A program made the translations under genes and the position numbers. This document shows, in pieces, positions 1 through 15,453 of a DNA stretch of 64,000 nt. Source of the DNA: Kudoa neothunni (lineage: Eukaryota; Animalia; Cnidaria); contig OZ199838.1 of NCBI GenBank assembly GCA_964304625.1, forward strand, positions 13,741,002-13,805,001. Direction: 5' to 3'. The first letter of the stretch is position 1, and every line of letters starts with the position of its first letter. Under the pieces are notes generated by a model. The model searched no databases, was not told the DNA's origin, and saw nothing but the letters and a program-made list of their open reading frames with translations.

Positions 1-236
1 ATAAATTTGTAAAAATGACATTTATCAATATTTTAAATAATTTTATTTGGAAGGTGTTTTTACATTAGATTTTTTGGTAAATGGCAAAAAAAATTTCAAT
101 TCGTTTTTCTGAAAGCTTTTATAAAAATAAAAGTTTACAAAAACTGGAGAGGAGTTATGCTCCATTAATACGCTATAATATTATTGGAAAAATTCGCTTG
201 GGGTAGAAATCTACCCCATTTCACTTCGAAGGTTAA
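1..236. repeat. 3' end of a dispersed TTAA-terminated (piggyBac-like) non-autonomous element
   Basis: 1-230 is colinear with ~36170-36400. It ends ...CTACCCCATTTCACTTCGAAGG|TTAA, and a similar terminus occurs at ~47950-47985. Confidence 0.6.
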
Positions 237-1784
237 GTTTGTAAATAACATTATTTTGGAGGAATACAGGTAATCTTAAAAGTTTGAAATTATTAATAAT
301 GGTCTATACAATAAACAGTCCCATTGGGGTGGTTTTCTTCCTCAAATCTATTAGATGAGTAAAAAAATAATGAAAAAATTAAATTAAGGTATCAAATAAT
401 TCAGTTATGCGTAAACAAGCCTTCGTTTTGGTTAACATATTTCAAATATTTTTTGTATGAATATAAAATCTTTTGTTCATTTATTAGTAGTAAAACTAAA
501 TAAAATTTCATAATTTAATCCGCAGGTAAGGTCTAAAAAGTACCACTTATTTATTTGGTGTGTGTTAGGGGGGTAAATATACTTGAAACTTGTTTAAAAC
601 TAAAAGTCTTTTTATTACAAAATTATTTAACTTCCAATCAATAAACAAAGTTTCTAATACAAAAAATAACAATTGTACAGACGGATGTTTTATTACGGCA
701 TCTCACAAAGTTTCAATATCATCGAAATTTTGTTTTAAAATCTACTATACTACCATAAAAACATTTTATTATAGAATTGACACATCTCCAACATGACTGA
801 TTTTATTTTCTTACCTACTTCCTAGGTCTTTAAATTTGTTACATTATTAGATCATTCTACATTCGTGGCCCCTCTTAGAGTCTAGAAAATAACGCAAAAT
901 GTTCTTCACCTATAATTTTAATCTAACTAATATCATAACCCAATTTGGGTGATTATAGGGCTGATTCAGTTTTCTGGTTAAACATTAAAAATCCATAAAT
1001 TTAATTATTTTATAGTTTGAATTATTCATCAGTAAATTTTTCTAAAATAAGAATAACATCGCCGTTCATATTTTTCGTACGATTTTGGTAAATAAACTAC
1101 ACTTTACCTACTACTGTTCGCCATATTTCATTGAAAGTAAATCATCTGATAAGTTCTTTCATTAATCTCGCATTTTACTTTATAATAAATAATTTTTTTC
1201 GTTTTACATTAGAAAAATTAAATTTCTCCATTTCCTATTAGTAAATTTTTTTCATAAACTTATCAAAGCTGAATTTAATATACGAGTTCCAATGAAATGA
1301 CGAAAAGAATTATCTATTCGTTTTTATTTGGGACTCTTAATCATAAAAACTTGGTAACCAAATACTCCAATTACTGATAAGTTGTCATTGGATAAAATTG
1401 AATTAGAGTTAAATACATTTTTAGGGATAAATTATGTTTAATTCTTTCGAAAGTTCTTTATTTTAGACGTTGATTAATAATTTTTGTAATCTATGGAATA
1501 CATGTGAAAGAATAAACTACGCTACAGATCGACCCTGAAATTTTAATGGATTTATAATACTTATTTTATTTAAAAATAAATTAGGCATGTTTATTAAATG
1601 TATTAACGAATACACTAAACTTAAATTGCGAATTATATAATATCTAAGCCAAATCTCACTAAAATCTATTTCGTCCAACTTATTGAATTCATTCATAAAA
1701 GAATTATTTCTCAAATATCAATAAATACTTAAACTCGCCCAAGTACGAATTTTTATTAGTTGCCGAATTTTATTCTTCAATATA

Positions 1785-3419
1785 ATGTTTACGCTAATAT
1801 TTATCTACACTTTTTTAGCAATCGTATCGCTTGGTAACGTTAAATATTATAATTGCCGTTATTTCGTATTAGAAAGAGCCTTAGATTCATATGAGGTGGA
1901 TGTGGGTGAACCCCCTTCATGGATGGACGAAAAACAACGAACTGCAGCCGTAGTTGATAGGTGGTATGTGGACAAAAACTCCGCCAAATGCAAGCCATTC
2001 AAATATCTAGGATCTCTTGGAAATTTTAATAACTTTGTGTCAGAAGCTGTTTGCAAATATCACTGTAAATACACTTCATCGTATACCTTATTTACATGAA
2101 GAATAGTAATATTTACCCCAGAAGAGAAATCAAAGGCATGCCTACAACCTATGTCACGAGGATCTTGTACGGTAGCAGAAGAAAATCAACAAGAACGATG
2201 GTATTACTCGAAAGAGTCTGTTGAAGGAAATGATGCAAATTCGTGCAATAAGTTTAAATATACTGGGTGTGGTGGAAACGCTAATAACTTTGCTACAGAA
2301 ACTGAGTGCAAAAACGCTTGTCATAGTACTATATTTTTTAAGTGGGAAATTATTATTAATTCGATGGTAAAATTTAAGATAAAGTAAACAGTGAAGTAAC
2401 CTCAGATGCTCTAGAAAACACGCTTACTAAAGTTCCAAACGAATTTGATTGTCTATTTGCAGCAGAAGTAGACGATGACAGACCAAAAATGGGAATCGTT
2501 CTTCACAAAGATAAAAAAAGATGTGTGTACGCAGCGGTAGGAAGGGAATCAAAAAGAGGCCATTTTAAAGAACTTCCTACGTGTGTAAAAACATGCATAA
2601 GTATACGGTCTTTGGTGACTTATTTAACTTTAATTAGCTGAATACGTCCCTGCTTGCAACGCTACCGGCCCATTCCAAGTAACACCTGTAGAAACCGTAG
2701 ATAATGAAACAGGTCTAAACGAATACTTTCATTTTGATAAAGATACACGAGCTTGTTTACCATTCATTTCCCAAGCTCCCGAAGATCCAATTAAAGTTGA
2801 TGATGGCGAAAAGAATATCTTTAGTTCAGTAGAACTTTGTGCAAGTTTTTGTCCCGCAAGTATTTCGTAATACTTACACTTCCTACTTTTGTTAATAAAT
2901 TTAGCTAGCCATCTTAATGATATTAAAGCTGTAAAAGCTTGTGAACAAAAAAAAGTAGGAGAGGCAAAAGAAGGCGATAAATACAAATTAACTAGATATC
3001 ATTATGCAGCAACTGGCTCCAGTCCAGGAGATTGCGTTGAGTTCAAATTTAGCGGAAAAGTTATGAACCTGAATAACTTTAAAACTCGGGATGCTTGTCA
3101 GAATATCTGCAAAATACCTTTAACATCTACTCCTACCACTCTTATCGTTGCTGTAGAACCTAGTGGTGCGGCTGAACCTGACCGTACAACACGGAAACAT
3201 GGTAGTCAAGATCTCGGTGGAAGTGGTTCTGAAGGTGCAGGTGTTAGGCAAGATGTTAGTACATCTTCTGTCTCTGGGGGTGTTCCTCAACCTGAACTAC
3301 AAAGAAACAGTGGTGACAATCCAGTTGGGAGTGTTGAAGGAGGCGATAAGCAAAGTGATAGTATTTCGGGTTGTGTAGATAATCTTTAAGTTAATGATTT
3401 AATTTTAGATGTCCAATAA
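1785..3419 (+). CDS. Secreted multi-Kunitz/BPTI-domain protein (5 domains plus Ser/Gly-rich tail), 7 exons
   Basis: Signal peptide MFTLIFIYTFLAIVSL. Phase-1 GT-AG introns at 1834-1872, 2065-2106, 2326-2378, 2601-2637, 2860-2904 and 3361-3408 give one continuous ORF ending at TAA 3417-3419. Kunitz motifs include RWY..C..F.Y.G..GN.NNF and FKYTGCGGNANNF. Confidence 0.9.
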
Positions 3420-4445
3420 AATAAATTATCTCGAAACACGTCAAAAAATTTATATATCTAATGAAACTAAAGAAAACATATTAGCAATAATATCGCTAAT
3501 TTTTATACTGTGTTTTTTTGCGTTAATTTATGGCAACTGTTTCAATAATCAGATATTAACTTTTCGAGTCCAAGTAAACCTGGACAATTCGGATACTAGA
3601 CGAAACTGTGGTACATATTCCTCAAAAGTTGGCGATTCAACTAACTTCATACTTTCGCGATTTCTTTATTGTATATCAATTGACTAAAAATAGATGCTAA
3701 CGCTTTTATAAACGATTCCAGTAAATCTTTATAATTAGAGTACCTTGAGAGTAAAAAGGAGTCAATTATAACCCCTTATTTCTTAATATTTGAAAACAGT
3801 TTAGTGTATTATCTTAAGAGTTATAATACAAATAAAATTGGAGTATAAAAAACCGTTAAAATTTAATGAACTCTTCGTATAAACACCTGCTTGAACATAG
3901 GAATCTTACATTTTTGCAGCCAGTACGGATTTTTGTAGTGTTGACAACACCGACAGTAATAACGATGATATATACAATCAAATCACGACTATTCGGAAGA
4001 TATTTTAAATTTTCTTTAGATTTTATTATAATATTATGTCAATAAGTGTTCGATTATCCAGAATCTTGATATTCTGAAGAACCATTTAATCATAATTCCG
4101 GATAAAAATAAACTTATAGCCATGGAATTTATAAAATGTATCATAAATAATAGTGTTCCGTTCAATTGAAACATGTACATATAGGTTATATTTTATAGAT
4201 TTCAGGTTAAAATATATTTAATTATCAAAACATAGAATTTTGTCATACCCAAACGTTTGTTTGTATGCATATTAGATAAATATTAAACCTTCTTTGAGAA
4301 TATTAATCTAATCCATAAAATTCGCCCCACCTAAAACCCACTTCTGTCTTTCATCATAAAATAAATCATTTACATAACTATATATAGGTTGATAAAAATA
4401 GTTAAAAGTTGTTCAAGATGGACGAAGGAAATAAAAACAAAGCAT

Positions 4446-6372
<1,927 letters not shown>

Positions 6373-6865
6373 TCACGCACAAAATTCCGAAAATTTAACC
6401 AAACAACCACACTATTTATACATATTATCAATGTTGATTAATATTACATTAGAACTTATAGTTAATAATACCTGTGCAACCAAAATATCAGTGATAATTC
6501 AGAAAACTGGAAACTCGCGCAACGTGTTCTGAACTTAGGCTGATGCATAATATCCTACCTAATATTGTCATACCTAAACAGACGGACTGGTGTGCTGATA
6601 ACTAGAGACGTTATAGGATAAGATACGATAAAAAATTATCGCACCAACAAACTCAACAATACACAAATGATTTTACTGGAATCAAATTCAACAGATTATG
6701 ATGAGATGAATTCGGAGTATTTAACCCTCTAATGATCTCAAAAACAGTATCCCTGTGACACTTTTTGGTAAAAATTGCCCATTTTTTTAATTTCTTCAAT
6801 GTTTATAAAAAAATAATTAATTGGGGAATACGAAATATTGTTAAATTTAAACGAGTAGAATCATT

Positions 6866-8505
6866 GGAATATTGTACAGTAGGTAATCGATTTTACGTAC
6901 TTTTACTTGTTCATCTCTTATACATAATTATCAGAACCAAAGCTATTTTCGTAACTTAAGACAGTTTAGTTTATGTAAGTGAAATTAACAATTACAGAAA
7001 AGGTAATTTATAAAGGAGTTTTTATAAAAAATAGGGATTATCGATTTTACGTAATTTTTCGGTTACAATCTTAATTTGCAAAATCTTTTGTTTTAAGTAA
7101 TTGAATCCACGATAACATCTATCTACTATCTACTATATATATATAAAGCTGAAGTGTCCGTGTGTGTGTGTCAGCAAGTACGCGTGTGCGTCCAAATTTA
7201 TTCCTTATAGAGAGATATTTATGAAATTTTTTAAAAATCAAAATGTTTCAAAAAATCTTTAAATCGTTTTCACACTACAAATTGTTCCCGGAAGTGTTTA
7301 GAAAATTATGATTTTGTCGATTCAAAGTTTGTTAAACGGATTACTTAGATTCGACAATAAGATTAACACCTGCTTATGACTTGTTAATGGTCGGTTGAGG
7401 TTAATCTCCCCTTTATATGCTTTATCAAATGTTGATTAATTGCTGCCATCTGACTTTTTATATAATGTTGGCGTGTATATTTGGGGGTTTGCGCATATAC
7501 ACTCCTTATTTGTGGAATTTTAACGTATATGACTTGATAGTATATTTTAAAAGTTCTCTTAGTGGTTTAAAATATGAGAAAAAGATTATGTTTACATAAT
7601 TAATAGTGATTTGGTAAGGAATCCTATAATCGCATAGATTGAAGCTTTATAATGGAAATACTGCGTACGTGGATTTCATTTAAATCGTCCTCTAAGTTTA
7701 ACTTCCCGTGGTTAAATTCAATGCGAATGGTTGTACTCTTACTTCATCTAATTATATAAATTATTTATGTTTATATTGAAGCGATTTATAACGGTTTGTT
7801 TGGGAATAATGCACTAGTGTTTATGCCGGGACAAGCGAGGTTAATTTTAGCAATATCAATTAATTTTCGTACGTTTTCTTCTGTCTCTATTACTTTTTCT
7901 ATTTTTTTATCTATTAAAAATTAGCGATGACACAGTTTCCGAACTGGGTCAGAATTCGACTTTTAAAAATCCACCAGCCCAAAAAATAACGTTTTAGACA
8001 ACATTTTAACTGGATTTAAATAATTCGGGAATGCAAAAAAATACTACACTGACAATAAATTACTTAGCGTTGGTGCCGGACCACGAAATTTTTAAATGAA
8101 CGCCGGGATTGATACTTTCCTTCACAGAAATGATAAAAATTTAAATTTCGCTAATCCAAATCGTTAAAGTATGTTGCTTAAAAATCTTTAGTTATTTTGT
8201 TTCTATGGGTTAATTCGAAACTCCAATATATTTTGTGAATGTTATTAAGAAGCGTATCTATGCGAGATCTTCCCCAAGCAACGCTGGGCAGTTCGTGCAA
8301 GTATCACTTAAAATATAAATAAATTAAATTCATTCATATTAATAAAAGCATTATATGGTTTTACTTTTTAATATTTATATTAAACAGAAATTGAGATGAA
8401 TTTTAATAAAAAACCATACTTAGCCACTCTGCAGATTGTCAAGATTTTCGAGACGCGCATGATCCGAAAAGTACGAAAAATCGATTGCCTGCTATCATAG
8501 TATTG
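6866..8505. mobile_element. Old inverted-repeat element interrupted by Helitron copy A
   Basis: 6866-6900 (AATATTGTACAGTAGGTAATCGATTTTACGTAC) is an imperfect inverse of ~8471-8505. 7030-7060 also matches the reverse complement of 36660-36695. Confidence 0.35.
7122..8301 (+). mobile_element. Non-autonomous Helitron, copy A
   Basis: 5' TC-TACTAT..TAAAGCTGAAG plus a TG microsatellite. 3' hairpin CCCAAGCAACGCTGGG followed by CAAG|T. Colinear with three other copies. Confidence 0.8.
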
Positions 8506-8945
8506 CGAAATAAAAGTATATTCAATTAAAAGTTGCGTGAATACTGCAAAAATTTAGGATCTATATTAATCTAAAATGAAGGATCGTACCAGCTTAATTA
8601 TATGACCGGAATGATTACTTTATTATTTTATTATTGCAAGTAATAAATTTAATAGATAAAATCTTAATATTGTAAAATAGACATTGTTCGGCATTTTTTT
8701 TCATATTCATTTTTTAAGTAATGACTTAATTTGTTGGGTAATATACATAATTTACTAATTTCTCAATAAATTATTAAATTTGCTCATCCAGAGATTCGAC
8801 AGCGTTACAATGTTATTCTTTGTACTTTGTAGTTCACTTTTTTGACGATATAATGTATTCAAAATCAATAAGCGATAAAAGCACTTATTATTTCATTGAA
8901 GCTGGCGAAGAATTATAGTTTACCTTGTTATTTATTCATCATTCT

Positions 8946-8978
8946 TTAGAAGCCCCAATTAAAATATGTGGCGATATT
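8946..8978 (+). pseudogene. Fragment resembling PP1-type Ser/Thr phosphatase
   Basis: Translates LEAPIKICGDI, the PP1 sequence preceding HGQ, but continues F rather than HGQ. Weak PPP-like traces extend to ~10000. Confidence 0.35.
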
Positions 8979-10295
8979 TTTATATTGTTTTCTTTAATCT
9001 TAACGATTATTTTCAAAAATAATAAGGTTAGTAATTTGAAAAAATACATTTAATGTATATTTAAGTACAAAAGATAACTTTCAAGTGTATAAACCCAAAA
9101 TAAATACAATCAAAGTAAAAAACCTTATTTTTCAGCTGCATAAAAATTCTCGCGTCATATAAATTTTTCACAAAAGTTATTCTAACAATTTTTTTCTCAT
9201 AACTTATATTCTTTTGGAGAATAATTTTTATTTATTTTCTGTATTTTTCGATGCATATAATACACTTTATTAATTATTCTATATCATTAACGTCAAAGTT
9301 TTCCTGAATAAAAGTATAAATTTCTAAAAAAGCTAAACTTATGAAAATAATGACGAGAAAAATTATTTTTTGCATCAATCTTTTTTATTATTGTTAATTA
9401 AATTACATGACTATTATGCAATACATAACGACATTTTCATAAGTCACTTCATTTTTGAAAATTCCTAAAGTAACGCAAAAACTGACATCATATACATTCA
9501 TTATTAAAATGAAGGAATGTCATAAATTTTACTTCAGTGTCTTTATTATAAACAATTTTGAATTGGATTGTTCCAATTAATAAATCGGAGAATCAATTTA
9601 TAATTATCTGTTCGTAAAAAATCTATAACTCTCGATGCTATTTCAATAATGAATTTAGGATGAATATGATTTATATTCATTTCTAGGACTCTTGGTCTTA
9701 GCAGCGCATTTGGGTTAACTTTTTCTTTTCTCTATTGAATTCGTATTATACGCCCAAAATTTCGTTGGATTGTCATTATCACCATCCTGCTGGAAATATT
9801 GCAAAGTCCGAAAAAAAATTATATTCTTTCCACGGATAGCGTGACATTATTACGCTTTCTAAGTAACATTAATTATGACTCTTTCGGTGTATAGCTTTGA
9901 TCAAAATAGACCCCAGTATAATTGTGGGATTAATAGATTTGGAGTGGTTTTTAATAGAGGAAACATAACAATAAAATCAGTTTCATTTCAAAATAGAATT
10001 TGCAGAAATTATAGCGGAAAATTACGAACCTACCTTTTACCGCATGATTATAAAAATAATCTACCAAAAATTTCTCCAATGTGCGTATAATAACTAATGT
10101 AACTTTGTTCTATTTAACAATAAACCCCGCCAACTATTACTGAAAGCAGAAAAATGCTAATTTTAATCTAAAAATAAACATTTACGATAAAAATTACAAA
10201 ACCATGAATGTTTCATCGAAAGAAACAAGACCAAACAAGCGAAAATAAACGCAAAATAACTAAGAAAATCAATATTTATTATAATTTGGCGACAA

Positions 10296-12475
10296 TTACA
10301 GTTTACAAAGAGTAACGAACCAGTTACAATGATCTAGTTCTATTGTTTCAATATTTGCAACTTCACTGAAACAACCAATCAATGATCTAATATCATTTTC
10401 ATCGAAAAGATGAATATAGCGCATCATTAATTTAGTGTGTTCGCTTTCGTTATTTCGGAGAGTCCAAGGAACAAGGAAATCGTTTTGGTTGGATGAAGTG
10501 AGTTGATGGCTATCATTATTGTTACTTTTATCGGTAGAAGTAGAGACTTTGGTGTTGGAGAGAGCAATAGATTCGATTGGAACGGCTTTTTTGATAGCCT
10601 GATTATCATCGATATTGTCGCACCAGACTGACAAAAGAATTCTACCTTTGGGTTTGGTGATTCGTATTAATTCAGATATAAGACGTTTGCGTCGATCAAC
10701 AGTTGAAATATGATGCAAAACTGCTATGCATAAGGTGTGATCACTGGAGCAATGGCGAAGAGGTAAGTGTAAAGCATTTGATTGGAAAACTTCAAAATGT
10801 TGTTTTCGACAAATGGCAAGAAGATTGAAGCTTGAATCACTTCCAATAAACGTAAGATTAGGTTGAAGGTCTTTTCGCATGTATTTCCCATTACCACATC
10901 CAATATCGTACACAACACTATGATTTTCGAGTGTATTTAAAAATTCATTCACCTTATTTGAGAATGTAAAAATCGAAACTTGATATACATTCTAATACTT
11001 TTTTCCAAGGAGATCGTCTTGTTTGGGAAAAATGTTCAGCCACTTCATCGTAAAAGTTCATCACATGCACCCTCTCAAGATCTGCCATAGCTTGGGAATT
11101 ATCTTGGTGTACTCTTTTAAAATGATCCCTTTCAGCTGAAAAATATTTTCATTACATCACCGGAAAAAAGCACTTTCAACAAATTACCAAGTGATGGATT
11201 TTTCACATCACACAGCTCACGGCATTTGCATTCACATTGTTGGTCAAACTTCACATGTCGTAAGGTAATAGACATTCTAAACATGCGTGGAACACACTTC
11301 CATAGACCTTCGCTGACGCCACTTTTCACCATATCGAACTGTCTTGATACTATCCTAAGTGAAATTAAGTGTACCACCCTCAGATAAAATAACGAAACAA
11401 ATACCCATGCTTCCAATCATATCTCAGTTCATCCCTCATAACTAACAGACTATTTTTTTCAAGCCATTGATCGAAGCTATTCCCACGAAGATCTTTAAAA
11501 ACCATCATAATCTATAAGATGCTTCACTAAATCAGTTCATATACGAGTTTCTACCCCTGAGCCTAAACTGAGACACAAAATCTTCTCTCCAAAACAAGAA
11601 TGAACATCAACATGACTGCGAATGCCTATTATGATTGTGTGTTGATAACGAACCTATAAATTCATCATACCATCCCCTGGCTCGTAGAAATTGATAGTCA
11701 ACTGATTCGGTCTTTGATCAATAATCTTATCACATAGCAATTGATTGATGAGTTCATCAAATATTTTTGGGATCGATTGTGATTGAGGAAGCTCGACTGT
11801 GTTGTTTATTGTGTACTCGAATTTATAACCGAAATGAACTGCGTAACGCGAAGCCAATTTTGAAATACACAAGTCTAGAATTTTATTCATATTAAATCTT
11901 GGCAAAATTTTTGGACCTGGGTGATTAGTTGTATTTGAGCTATCGATCGATTTTAATGTATGGTACAAACTGATACAATATTCGGTTAGTTTCTGTTCCA
12001 ATGTTGGAGGTGTGTATGAGAAACGAATGTCCAAGCTGGAAGGTGGGACACATTTCTCAGAAATATGATCTAGCGTCAAAAGTCGACTTTTCACTTGGTC
12101 ATAATTGCTTAAATATCTCAGCGCAAATACTATTTCTACGTTTAACCAAGGAAGCTTAACGTACTGCCGACGAGAGAGTGTGTGTAAACGTTGTGCAATG
12201 TCAACGTTGGCCATTTTGATCAATGAAAAACTTTCATTCTTTGGAATAAATATCTCTGTAACAGAGTGAAATTCGCCTTGGTTGTCGACCAATTCTGGGT
12301 AAATTTTTTTTAGAAAAGCTTGATCCACTCCAATATTATAACCAGCAGATAATATAATAAAATTTGTTGTAGCCTCTGAGGATGTGTATTGGCTCATCCA
12401 AGTGTATCGTTTTAAGAATTTTGCCCATTTCTTCTTTTCAGAAACAGTCTCTGCTCCTAGATCTGAATCCACCAT
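10296..12475 (-). CDS. ALKBH8: tRNA wobble-uridine methyltransferase/hydroxylase ALKBH8 (RRM + AlkB + Zn cluster + Trm9-type MTase)
   Basis: PNQLTINFYEPGDG/IRSHVD 2OG-Fe motif, RMSITLR, CECKCRELCD Zn cluster, YDIGCGNGKY SAM motif, IAVLHHIST.DRR, and DHCNWFV end. Confidence 0.95.
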
Positions 12476-12547
12476 TCAACCACATGCTCCGAAATTCACG
12501 ATCCATTACGGAAATCGTTGGTTTGTTGTGGTGCTGCTGCTGCTGCT
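12476..12547. promoter_or_regulatory. Putative bidirectional promoter between ALKBH8 and NOP10
   Basis: Only 72 nt separate the divergent ATGs. (GCT)5 lies directly before the NOP10 ATG. Confidence 0.6.
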
Positions 12548-12834
12548 ATGTTGTTAATGTACTATCTGAATGAGAAACATGAACGTGTCTACACCATTAA
12601 GGTATAATTTAATCGAGATTGAGATTATTTGGAATTGAATTTCCTATGTTTATATATGTAATGTTTTAGGCTGTTGATCCTAATGGAAATCCCACCGTTT
12701 CTGCTCATCCTGGTATTTATATCTTGTGGTTGTTGTTTTTCTATAATAAGTTAGCACATTTTTCTCCTCATGATTCGTTTTCCCAGTATCGAGTACAGCT
12801 GAAAAAACGATTCAACCTACTTCCCGGCCAATAA
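12548..12834 (+). CDS. NOP10: H/ACA snoRNP subunit NOP10 (3 exons; not on the ORF track)
   Basis: Exons 12548-12601, 12670-12712 and 12755-12834 give [58 protein letters not shown], matching the Nop10 pattern YYLNE.G.RVYT.K...P.G..T.SAHPA.FSP.D..S..R...KKRF. Confidence 0.95.
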
Positions 12835-14019
12835 TTTCATGCCTCTACGAATCCTTGATGTGACATAAATTCTTTAATCCTTCGACTTTATTTCTTTGTT
12901 ATTTTTTGCTTGTATATCACTTTAATGTGAGGTTTCTAAATGAAATTGTCGTCGCGCAGTCGATTTATTCAGTTCCAATTTCCTCTATCTCCTTACAGCG
13001 CATTAGAATAACATAAGTGAAGATATAGGCGATAAAGCGTAATTTTTCAAGTTGGTCATATAGATCTAAATTTTATTTAATGGCGAGGATAAATTTCGAA
13101 TTGGAGCATAGAGTTTTTGAGACAAATTACACACTGCGTTCTCTTTATTAAAGGATTTGACGGAATACATAGAATCGGAATATTTTGAACCGTTATCTAA
13201 TTGTTCAATATCTTTATTTTTACTAATAAATGATTCTGAACAATTCAACGTGTATTTTTGGAGATTGAGTCACTGTTTTGATGGAATTTTAAGTATAAAG
13301 ATAAATACTTCATAATAATACAAATGAAAATTATATTATTAAATTCGAGTAATTAAACTTGTTTATAAACTTAAAGCATGCTTTGGTGCGATATTTAGGC
13401 GCCATATACGTTTATTGTCGCATTTTCCGATTACAATAAGTAACCGTTTTACGCGTAATCATAGCTGGATTTAGGTGGGGTTTTTAAAATATTACATACT
13501 TTATACGTATTAGATGTGCTTAAAATTTTATTGATGTTGAAATATTATCTGAATTTTAATTCAATCGGAAGTATAATAAGAAGGAAAATAGCTTATATGC
13601 AAACCATGTGATTATGACATTTTCTACAGATTTTTATACGGAGTTTGTTTATTTATTATTGATTAATTTTATCAATGGTTCTCAAAATTAATTCCAAACG
13701 GAGGTGGTATTGATAAATATGAAATCGTCATTTAAGACAATAACCTTCTCTTGTAAGAGGTGCTATTTGTCACTGTAACGCAATTTAAATTGTCACTAGG
13801 GTTTAAAAATCAAATATGGGGGATTTTAGAGTACCGAGTCGAAACTTTGTCTGAAAATTCGATTATGAATCTGCTTTTTCCCTGAGATCGAGACTTTAAG
13901 TACAGTATTGCGGATTAATTCACCAGATCATAAGATTTTAGTAATAATAACTAGGATTTCATTAGTTCTAGCTATATGTTGTTTATAGTAAATATTTTTA
14001 TTTATTTATAAATAAGGAT

Positions 14020-14441
14020 CACAGTTTTCGACGTTTATTTTAGTTGGTTCCACTATGCGTGTGTGCGCGCGTTGTTGACACACCTCTGATTAAAAATAAT
14101 TTGGAGCCGAATCCCTACAATAAACTTTTCTTATCAAATAGCGATAGCGAATAGAACGTCATGGACAATAACAGAAAATCAAATTTTTCTCAATTTTACC
14201 ATTTTTTCTATCTTTAAAAAAATAACTGGCAAAGAAATGTCTAGAAACGCTTTTTAGCAAAGTAGGTTCGTTTGGCTTTCTTTTGTTGTAAAATATGTTT
14301 TGTTGTAGAGACAATTTCTCTGCGGTTAATATCCATTTAAGGTTATTCGGAAGATTTCAAATATTCCCGGAAAACAAGTATCGAAACTTTTTTAAAAATT
14401 AGACGACTAAAATCGATTTTAATCGAAAGCTACGATCCCTA
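14020..14441 (-). repeat. Dispersed TAGGG-terminated repeat (hAT-like end), copy 1
   Basis: Reverse complement is colinear with 25631-26120 (TAGGG.TCGTAG.TTTCGATTAAAATCGATTTTAGTC...). Confidence 0.75.
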
Positions 14442-15453
14442 TTTATAAATCTGTGTTAATTTTTATAATTATTGGAAGTTATGTCGGCATCTGTTTATTA
14501 AGAATGGAGAGGGCGAGTTTAAATCAGGTAACATAAGAATGGGCATCTGAAAAACACTCTGGCGTTATTTTGTTTTGTTTATTCATTCTTGATTATTCTT
14601 ATTAAATTTAAAAACATATCGAGGACAAGGATTCAGCTAATTATAATAACTTCTAATTTTGCTATCAAGTCCCAAATACACAGCCTCGTCGGAGCGCGTG
14701 AAATCTACGTTAAATTTCCACCAAACAATAATAATTCACATTATTCTCTATATATTAACTTCCAAGTGAATTTTATGTATTAAAATTTTTTTTTAATAAT
14801 GCTTCGTTTCTAAAATTTAATGACTATCATTAACAAAAATTTTACATATGTTATATAAGGTATTTTCTCCATTATTATTTGTGTCATAGTTTATTTTACG
14901 TTTTATTTATTAGAAAATAAAAACTTTTCTACAACTTTGATTTTTACGCACAATATAAATACCTTATTATTTCGCATCGTTTATAAAACTTACATTAATT
15001 ATTAATCTTAGTTTAACTGAACTTAAACTTTGGGTCATCATTGTCAAGCGAATTTTTAAATCATAAATTCGCCCAGTACCTGTATGGTTTCTTCTCCTCC
15101 ATACATACTCAAGAAGAAATAATTAAAATTGGCACATGAACATCGATTAAAAAAACGTTTTTTCTACATCATATGGGGAAATGACCAATAGCAATAAATC
15201 TTTTTGCCTATTTAGAAAGTTTTTTGACTTTTCGTTCCTAATGGTTCGCATATAACAAAAAATTCCAATAAATTTTTTTAGTAGTTTCATTAGGTGTTCT
15301 CGATATATTCAATACTGAGAAAATTGATTAAAGTTAAATAATCGAATGCTTTTTCCATGTAATTTAAAAGTATACCATTAATCTGAACTTTATTAGGGTT
15401 CATCGCTGGCCACGAAAAAGCTCATTGAGGGGAGGATTAGGACCGGGGGCCGC

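Noticed and set aside
590-1714. Short ORFs 590..796 and 1517..1714 and decayed coding-like sequence
   Set aside because: Non-ATG starts, low-complexity composition and no recognisable motifs.
3409-3687. 92-aa ORF with a hydrophobic stretch, possibly a membrane anchor for the Kunitz protein
   Set aside because: The phase-1 splice at 3408 leads to a stop at 3417-3419 in another frame, so the ORF is probably AT-rich 3' UTR.
12382-12573. Poly-Cys ORF (WCCCCCY)
   Set aside because: It is an off-frame reading of the (GCT)5 repeat and overlaps ALKBH8 and NOP10.
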